6,410 nt of DNA from Candidatus Woesearchaeota archaeon (lineage in GTDB: Archaea > Nanobdellota > Nanobdellia > Nanobdellales > Nanobdellaceae), in contig CAYXSZ010000029.1 of the NCBI GenBank assembly GCA_964468425.1, positions 1 to 6,410 of the forward strand, read 5' to 3'. The notes beneath the pieces were generated by a model, which worked only from the letters and a program-made list of their open reading frames with translations, did not search any database and was not told the DNA's origin. A program made the translations under genes and the position numbers. This document shows, in pieces, positions 1 to 4,807 of the stretch; the first letter of the stretch is position 1; every line of letters begins with the position of its first letter.

Positions 1-228
1 GGCTGATATTAGTGTCGTCGTGCGCTCGACTCCTTCGATCTTCCTGAGATTATCGATAACAACCTTTCTTAAATCCTCTATATTTTCTACAGAGACCTTC
101 AAAACTATATCATATTCTCCATAAACTACCGTAGCGTCTATCAAATTTATTCCAGTATCTTTAATTTTTTCTAAAACTTCATTTTCCTTTCCTGGCTTCG
201 TATTGATTAAAATATATGCCGTAACCAT
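1..228 (-). CDS. Stand-alone RAM / Lrp-AsnC ligand-binding-domain protein (3' end truncated by window edge)
   Basis: Manual reverse translation from ATG (complement of 226..228) gives 76 codons with no stop to position 1: MVTAYILINTKPGKENEVLEKIKDTGINLIDATVVYGEYDIVLKVSVENIEDLRKVVIDNLRKIEGVERTTTLISA. The beta-alpha-beta-beta-alpha-beta pattern and the VYGEYD(I/L)(I/V)(L/V)KV motif are typical of ~75-80 aa archaeal stand-alone AsnC-type RAM domains. It is absent from the ORF track because no stop lies in the window. Probably only a few codons are missing. Confidence 0.75.
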   Translation of the reverse strand, partial: MVTAYILINTKPGKENEVLEKIKDTGINLIDATVVYGEYDIVLKVSVENIEDLRKVVIDNLRKIEGVERTTTLISA

Positions 229-242
229 AAAAAATATAATTT

Positions 243-497
243 TTAGCGGTTTAATCGCTCGTAGATTTCTCTAACAAACTCCCTAGTACTTTCGATTTCT
301 ATAGCGATTATTCCTAGCAAAACTAACGCTAGCCAAAGGAATACAGCAATTACGCCCTGTATAGTCAATTGTGCAATCTCTGGAACCTGTGCAAATGCCT
401 TTGCCAGAATCCAGAATCCGAAAGCTACGATCGCTGCCACAGCTACGAATAGAAGGAACTCTACGAGGTTCGGAACCTTAAACTTGTAGCTCACCAT
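243..497 (-). CDS. Small membrane protein, two predicted TM helices plus charged C-terminal helix; function unknown
   Basis: 84-aa ORF with an ATG start. It has two hydrophobic stretches (LVEFLLFVAVAAIVAFGFWILA and GVIAVFLWLALVLLGIIAI) and a charged tail (ESTREFVREIYERLNR). A TATA-like element sits ~26 nt upstream. It lies 14 nt upstream of the RAM-domain gene on the same strand. I recognise no family. Confidence 0.55.
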   Translation of the reverse strand: MVSYKFKVPNLVEFLLFVAVAAIVAFGFWILAKAFAQVPEIAQLTIQGVIAVFLWLALVLLGIIAIEIESTREFVREIYERLNR

Positions 498-531
498 AAA
501 ATCTTATACTCTTTTTCATTAATAAAAGTTT
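498..531. promoter_or_regulatory. 34-bp divergent promoter region with two back-to-back TATA-like elements
   Basis: The sequence is aaaatcttatactctttttcattaataaaagttt. The plus-strand TTATA core (504..508) is centred ~26 nt before the PUA ATG at 532. The minus-strand CTTTTATTAA (complement of 519..528) is centred ~26-27 nt before the minus ATG at 497. This spacing fits archaeal TATA-to-TSS distance with leaderless mRNAs. No Shine-Dalgarno-like GGAGG/GGTG is present. Confidence 0.35.
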
Positions 532-1011
532 ATGAAGCCGCTATCAAACAAGGATAAAAAGAAATTGTCGGAACAACTTCTAAATCTATATAAGATAGAC
601 ATCAAGCCCTTGATAAAAAAACAGCAAGTTTTCTTTCACGACGAACTAAATATATTTACCGTAAACAAAAAACCAATCGCATTCATCAACGAGAACACGA
701 TCTACCCAACCCTACTATTACTTCTAGATACAGAGTTCGAGATACCTTATGTGGTTGTTGACCTAGGAGCTGTAAAGCACATTCTAAACGGTGCGGACAT
801 ATTTAGACCGGGAATAACAGAGATAGATCGAGGTGTTAAAAAAGATAAAGCAGTAATAATTGTATCAGAAGATGAAAAACTTTTAGCTATAGGGAAAGCG
901 CTATATGATTATGAAGAAATGCTTTCTATGGAAAAAGGAAAAGTGATTAAAAATTTGCACTATTTTGGAGATAAAATATTCGATTTCTGGAAATCAATGC
1001 AAGAACGATAA
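532..1011 (+). CDS. PUA-domain RNA-binding protein (archaeal Tma20/MCT-1-like, COG2016-type)
   Basis: 159-aa ORF. The C-terminal half carries PUA-like motifs: VVVDLGAVKHILNGADIFRPGI, then KDKAVIIVSEDEKLLAIGKAL, then KGKVIKNLHYFGDKIF. The N-terminal ~65 aa resembles the pre-PUA domain of this family. The size is typical for it. Confidence 0.8.
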   Translation: MKPLSNKDKKKLSEQLLNLYKIDIKPLIKKQQVFFHDELNIFTVNKKPIAFINENTIYPTLLLLLDTEFEIPYVVVDLGAVKHILNGADIFRPGITEIDRGVKKDKAVIIVSEDEKLLAIGKALYDYEEMLSMEKGKVIKNLHYFGDKIFDFWKSMQER

Positions 1012-2187
1012 GGTTCTCTGGCGCATAACTCCACTATGGTTCTTTAATTTTCTTAGCGGTATGTTATATCGCTCGAGTTTCTTTTGAAGGATCTCGAAAA
1101 CCTCCGATAGAGAGTTGTACTTTCCAATTACGTTGTCAAATGCTCTCTTAACACCCTCTCGAACCACCCAAACGCCTAAGGGAACCTTGTATTCTTTCGT
1201 GACAACTCTGATGACTATGCAGCTCCCAGATCTTCGAACCCTGGAAAGGAACTCGTAAAAGGAGAGCTTTGCAGCATAATAACCTCCAGAAACATCGTCT
1301 TTTCCGAAAAGGGTGAAATTGTAGCAAAGATTGTAAGCAGATCCTGGAAGAATTGCCTCGAGAAGCTCAAAAGATAGAGAGCCTGGAAAAACAATTACAT
1401 AAAAGTGATTTCCATAAAACTTTTTTTCAAACAGAAAACAAGAGTTAAAAGTATCATATTCTGCAATTTCCTGTTCTATTTTCGAAATCAAAATTTTGTG
1501 CGTCGCGGTGATGCTCCACTTACTCGGAACAAGTTTTTTATTTAGAGGTTCTCCGAAAACTCCGAGAGAAAATAGTCTAGAAATGTAGTAATCTGAAAAA
1601 CCCTTTTTATAAAGTATCTGAACGGCTTTTTCAGTTTTTAACCCATCATCTAAGATTTTCTCGACGATCCTCGGAATTTTAGGATTGTCCGCGATCCTGA
1701 CTCCTCGAATCCACCCCTTAAGCCCATAAAATGGTAAAAATCTCGAAATAAATGGAGATCTCTGGATTTTCTTGAAGCGAACCTCCAGATCAACGGATTT
1801 CGTAGACATTTCGCTTTCTAAGATCTTTTCGTAGAACCCGTTTCCCGTTCGTGGAAAGCTTGAGCTGACTATCGCTCTGGCGTTAACTAAACTTAACCTG
1901 AGTTCAAGAAGATCTTCGATAGAATATTCCCTTTCGTTCCACATCAAAGGATTGTCAGGAACCTCTTCCTCCGAAACTAAGATGCCTAGCGAGAGTTTTG
2001 GATAGGAAACGCAAGAAACCAAGGCAGAAGGAGGAGTTGAACCGAAGAACTCGGAAGAGAGGGAAGTAGAACTACCGTAAAGTCGTTTGAACCTCTCCGC
2101 TAATCGCTTCGCCGTAACGGTATCAATGTGCACCACATTATTATATTGCTTAATAACTTTAATAAGCAACATGGATGTGCACTTCAT
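994..2187 (-). CDS. Nre-family protein (archaeal PCNA-associated DNA repair factor; Nre_N + Nre_C / DUF650-DUF651, COG1602)
   Basis: 397-aa ORF. Motifs I associate with the family: GSTPPSALVSCVSYPKLSLG (compare SPPSVFVG..GYPkV.vGP), KLVPSKWSITATH (compare VPTRWSITA), GGYYAAKL and PLGVWVVREGVKRAF, plus a C-terminal PIP-like box. The start is ATG at 2187 (MKCTSM...) or ATG at 2172 (MLLIKV...). The 3' end overlaps the PUA gene by 18 nt. Confidence 0.7.
   Translation of the reverse strand: MKCTSMLLIKVIKQYNNVVHIDTVTAKRLAERFKRLYGSSTSLSSEFFGSTPPSALVSCVSYPKLSLGILVSEEEVPDNPLMWNEREYSIEDLLELRLSLVNARAIVSSSFPRTGNGFYEKILESEMSTKSVDLEVRFKKIQRSPFISRFLPFYGLKGWIRGVRIADNPKIPRIVEKILDDGLKTEKAVQILYKKGFSDYYISRLFSLGVFGEPLNKKLVPSKWSITATHKILISKIEQEIAEYDTFNSCFLFEKKFYGNHFYVIVFPGSLSFELLEAILPGSAYNLCYNFTLFGKDDVSGGYYAAKLSFYEFLSRVRRSGSCIVIRVVTKEYKVPLGVWVVREGVKRAFDNVIGKYNSLSEVFEILQKKLERYNIPLRKLKNHSGVMRQRTLSFLH
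1000..1020 (-). other. C-terminal PIP (PCNA-interacting peptide) box QRTLSFL
   Basis: The last residues of the Nre ORF are ...GVMRQRTLSFLH-stop. QRTLSFL fits Q-x-x-[LIVM]-x-x-[FYW]-[FYWL]. It sits at the extreme C-terminus, as in many archaeal PCNA partners and as described for NreA. Confidence 0.55.
1041..1054 (+). terminator. T-rich tract, candidate archaeal terminator for the PUA gene
   Basis: tctttaattttctt lies 30-43 nt downstream of the PUA stop, inside the antisense nre coding region. Archaeal termination commonly uses oligo-T tracts. This is weak, sequence-only evidence. Confidence 0.2.
2138..2147 (+). promoter_or_regulatory. TATA-box candidate for dph2, embedded in nre codons
   Basis: TTATTATATT is centred ~28 nt upstream of the ATG at 2171, consistent with a leaderless or near-leaderless dph2 transcript. 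On the opposite strand the same bases encode Nre residues Q-Y-N-N. Confidence 0.4.
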
Positions 2188-2884
2188 CGAAGTTCGTTAC
2201 AACATAGAGAAGGTTAAAGGAATGAATAAGTTAATTTCCATCCTACCGAGGCGTGTAGGCTTAGCAACGACAGTACAATATCTCGACATTGCCAAGGAAA
2301 TCTCGAATTTCCTTAGAAAAGAAGGCTTCGAGGTTATAGTGGGGAAAAGTAAGAAGCTCCCCCACGAAATGCAGATTTTGGGTTGCGACGTTTCCGCAGC
2401 TAAATTAGATGTAGACGCGATTTTATTCGTTGGTGAAGGTGAATTCCATCCAAGAGAGATTGCTAGAAAAACTGGAAAAAGAGTTATTCGTTTTAACCCC
2501 ATTACTGGAGAAGTAGATGAAGTAGACTCGGACTATAAAAGAATTCTCGCATTACTAGGAAAATTCGAAACCAGCACTAAAGTAGGAATTATAATTTCGA
2601 TTAAACCCGGACAATATAAACTCTCTGAAGCAAAATTGCTAAAGAAATTCCTAGAACAAGAGGAAAAGGAGGTTTTCCTGTTCGTTGGAGATTGCATAAC
2701 TCCTCAAGAAGCTCAAAATTATCCAGAAATCGATTTTTGGGTCATCGCCGCCTGCCCTCGAGTTTTCGAGGATTTTGTAAAAAACAACATTCCAGCGTTG
2801 CCCTTAGAGGTTCTAACTGACTATTGCAGCCATCATAGACTCCGCAAAGTTCCAGAGAGCGATACTTCCAAAAGTGGCAATTAA
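2171..2884 (+). CDS. dph2: Dph2-like 2-(3-amino-3-carboxypropyl)histidine synthase, short form lacking the N-terminal domain
   Basis: From memory the ORF aligns with domains 2 and 3 of archaeal Dph2. RRVGLATTVQYLDIAKEISNFLRKEGFEVIVG matches the start of domain 2. QILGCDVSAAKLDVDAILFVGEGEFHP carries a Cys at 2384..2386. KVGIIISIKPGQYKLSEAKLLKKFL matches domain 3. DFWVIAACPRV carries a Cys at 2753..2755. I prefer the ATG at 2171 because of the TATA at -33..-24. The alternative is ATG at 2222 (MNKLIS...). The track's 2087 start is a TTG inside the nre overlap. Confidence 0.75.
   Translation: MDVHFIEVRYNIEKVKGMNKLISILPRRVGLATTVQYLDIAKEISNFLRKEGFEVIVGKSKKLPHEMQILGCDVSAAKLDVDAILFVGEGEFHPREIARKTGKRVIRFNPITGEVDEVDSDYKRILALLGKFETSTKVGIIISIKPGQYKLSEAKLLKKFLEQEEKEVFLFVGDCITPQEAQNYPEIDFWVIAACPRVFEDFVKNNIPALPLEVLTDYCSHHRLRKVPESDTSKSGN
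2779..2784 (-). terminator. T6 tract on minus strand, candidate terminator of the ATPase/platform operon
   Basis: The complement of aaaaaa (2779..2784) gives TTTTTT 29-34 nt downstream of the platform-protein stop at 2813..2815. It lies inside the dph2 coding region. Sequence-only evidence. Confidence 0.25.
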
Positions 2885-4807
2885 AAAGAAAAGAATCGTC
2901 GAAACTAGAAGATTTTGATAAATATACTGCTTTTCTTTGATCACATCTTTCCCATTTTCGATTAAGTTGAGCATATACGATATTAAAATAGTCACTATTA
3001 TGTTAAATACTCCAACCACTATGTAAATTGTTGGGGGAGAAACCATGCTCTTGAACGAAAAAATGTCTAAAAAACTCTCGGTGAGCATAGCGTAGGACGC
3101 GTACTCCCCAGAGACTCCAGAATATATACCCTTGATTTTGCTTATTGCAATTCCGAGCTTGTACAAGATTACCAGAGACATTATAGCCGTTGCCACTATC
3201 ACTCCCAATATACTTGGAGCTAATATTTTGACTAGAGATTTCATTTGCGAAGTTACTTCTGCAGTGAGGTCCAGCAGTCTTAATTTTATTCGTTCAAGAT
3301 AAATGAAGTATCTGGAAATTGCAATAGCCGCTTTTGCAGCGGACTTCGGCGAAACCTTAGCACTTTCGACTATGACTTCCATAGCTGCCTCTAAATACGA
3401 TGAAGGATATCTGGATAGAGCTCCTCTTTTTTTATCGAATATGGCTTCATCAATGGACATTCCAAAGACTTTAAGGTTTCTATATACGACTGCTAAGAAT
3501 TTTCCTATATCTTTATTCTTGAATTGGGGATAAATTTCAATTAACGCAGCTTCTAATGGGATGTTTTCATTAAGTTTGTTTCCAAGAGAGAACAAAAACG
3601 AGGATAATTCTTTCTCGATATTCTCGAGCCTTTGTTTAAACTCTCGATAGTACATGTAGTACGCGAAATGTCCCGCAGCGATTCCCAACCCGAGAGAAAG
3701 AATCAGAATTCCAGCTAAGACTATTGATAAAATCGAGTAGGAAGCTATGTATCCACAAACTACGAAAGCCAGCACGAAAAAAACCAAAACAGATACAACA
3801 GTTCCAGCGATAATTGAGTACAATTTGGACTTTACATCGTTCTTTTTCATGTACAAATAGAAGTAAAGATCTTCTTTTGGAAGCGTCTCAGCCCTCTTAG
3901 GCTCTATGTATTGAGTTATCATCAAGTAAACGAAAAACGGAATAGCAATGTTGAACACTACGAATAGCATTCCGGGAGAAAACACATCTGGCATCAAAAC
4001 CGTCATCAAGGGAAATAGAGTAAGCAATAAAGTTGGTAATACAATACCCAACATGTAAATAAGGTTTATTGGGCTCTGTAGCTCTCGAACATACATAGCC
4101 ATCTTTTCGTAAAGCCCTTCCAGAGTAGTTTCTATAGCTTTATCAATAATTATTTCTCTTCTAATTGAATCTGGTTCGTATAGAGAAGATATCAGTAGCT
4201 CTATCCCCATCACGAAGTAGTACGCTCTTTTCTCCCAAGACTTAATATAAATGTCTAGAGCATCTAATAAGGAAGAATACCTCTTATTGTATGTATCCCA
4301 AAGAAGTCGAAGGAAATCTAGCTTTAATGGAGGTTGAATATGCTTTGTAGCGTACTCAAAGGCAATCTCTAAGTTGGGATTTTCTCTTAACTTCATTGCT
4401 AAAAACATTGTAGCCAGTATTAGCTGACTCTCCTTCTTCTTTTGTAGCTTCAAATAAAGTAGCTTTGGATACACAAGCACTAAGTTGTAAACCAACAGTC
4501 CAACTATCAAGAAAAACAGGATAAACAGCAAGTTCCCGAAAATAAACGAAGTTAAAAATCCAGAAACAAAGATGGTTACGAGAAAAAATACAGCTGTCGA
4601 GTAAATATCTTTGAAGGTGAGATCTAAGTGTATTTCTTTGTTAATTCTAGAGAATTCTTCTTCTTTCTTGGTAGGAGGCTTTAGATTCAACTGAGATCCA
4701 AGAAACTTGGCTAGTTTTTCAAAGGTAATCACAAAAGTTCCGAAGTAATACTCCTTGTATTTTCTGTATTCTGAATAAACCTTTAACGGATCTCCTTGGA
4801 AAGCCAT
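2813..4807 (-). CDS. FlaJ/TadC/PilC-like polytopic membrane platform protein of an archaeal type IV filament-type system
   Basis: 664-aa ORF with about nine hydrophobic TM segments. Two cytoplasmic helical T2SSF-like modules (about aa 120-245 and 390-520) are each preceded by two TMs and followed by TMs. The ATG at 4807 overlaps the upstream secretion-ATPase gene by 25 nt. That gene order is the canonical ATPase-platform pairing. Confidence 0.65.
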   Translation of the reverse strand: MAFQGDPLKVYSEYRKYKEYYFGTFVITFEKLAKFLGSQLNLKPPTKKEEEFSRINKEIHLDLTFKDIYSTAVFFLVTIFVSGFLTSFIFGNLLFILFFLIVGLLVYNLVLVYPKLLYLKLQKKKESQLILATMFLAMKLRENPNLEIAFEYATKHIQPPLKLDFLRLLWDTYNKRYSSLLDALDIYIKSWEKRAYYFVMGIELLISSLYEPDSIRREIIIDKAIETTLEGLYEKMAMYVRELQSPINLIYMLGIVLPTLLLTLFPLMTVLMPDVFSPGMLFVVFNIAIPFFVYLMITQYIEPKRAETLPKEDLYFYLYMKKNDVKSKLYSIIAGTVVSVLVFFVLAFVVCGYIASYSILSIVLAGILILSLGLGIAAGHFAYYMYYREFKQRLENIEKELSSFLFSLGNKLNENIPLEAALIEIYPQFKNKDIGKFLAVVYRNLKVFGMSIDEAIFDKKRGALSRYPSSYLEAAMEVIVESAKVSPKSAAKAAIAISRYFIYLERIKLRLLDLTAEVTSQMKSLVKILAPSILGVIVATAIMSLVILYKLGIAISKIKGIYSGVSGEYASYAMLTESFLDIFSFKSMVSPPTIYIVVGVFNIIVTILISYMLNLIENGKDVIKEKQYIYQNLLVSTILFFLIATFGSIALWNFAESMMAAIVS

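Noticed and set aside
229-242. AAATTATATTTTTT (minus strand) as a TATA-box promoter for the RAM-domain gene
   Set aside because: It abuts the ATG at -14..-1, whereas archaeal TATA boxes centre about 26-27 nt upstream of the TSS. More likely it is just an AT-rich spacer in a co-transcribed pair.
243-497. Possibility that the 84-aa membrane protein is a type IV pilin or archaellin-like subunit for the nearby ATPase/platform pair
   Set aside because: The N-terminus MVSYKFKVPNLVEF... lacks the class III signal-peptide cleavage motif (basic residues followed by G/A at -1). It also has a second TM helix, is far from the operon, and is in a different transcription unit.
2087-2170. 5' extension of the dph2 ORF (TTG at 2087, ATG at 2126)
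   Set aside because: This stretch is the antisense of the nre N-terminal codons. It gives a Cys/Leu/Thr-rich peptide (MNLSANRFAVTVSMCTTLLYCLITLISN) with no convincing Dph2 domain-1 similarity. It would also place the TATA-like element inside the transcript. A faint resemblance of LLYCLI...VHFIEV to the end of Dph2 domain 1 could be a relic, but it is too weak to call.
2197-2502. 101-aa minus-strand ORF from the track
   Set aside because: It lies entirely antisense to the well-supported dph2 coding region. Its composition is low-complexity and Ser/Pro/Thr-rich with no recognisable motifs. It is a typical shadow ORF.
3303-3533. 76-aa plus-strand ORF from the track
   Set aside because: It is antisense to the platform membrane-protein gene, has no motif support, and has no promoter or spacing context. 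Shadow ORF.
3777-3783. A7 run (T7 on the coding minus strand) as an intragenic terminator or slippery site
   Set aside because: It simply encodes V-F-F-V within a TM helix of the platform protein, and the reading frame continues uninterrupted with consistent hydrophobic character. There is no evidence of a frameshift.
3907-3925. UGAUGA (C-box-like) hexamers on the minus strand here and near 3446..3451, considered as C/D box sRNA candidates
   Set aside because: No correctly spaced terminal CUGA D box, C'/D' pair or terminal stem was found. Both hexamers sit inside the platform-protein coding frame.
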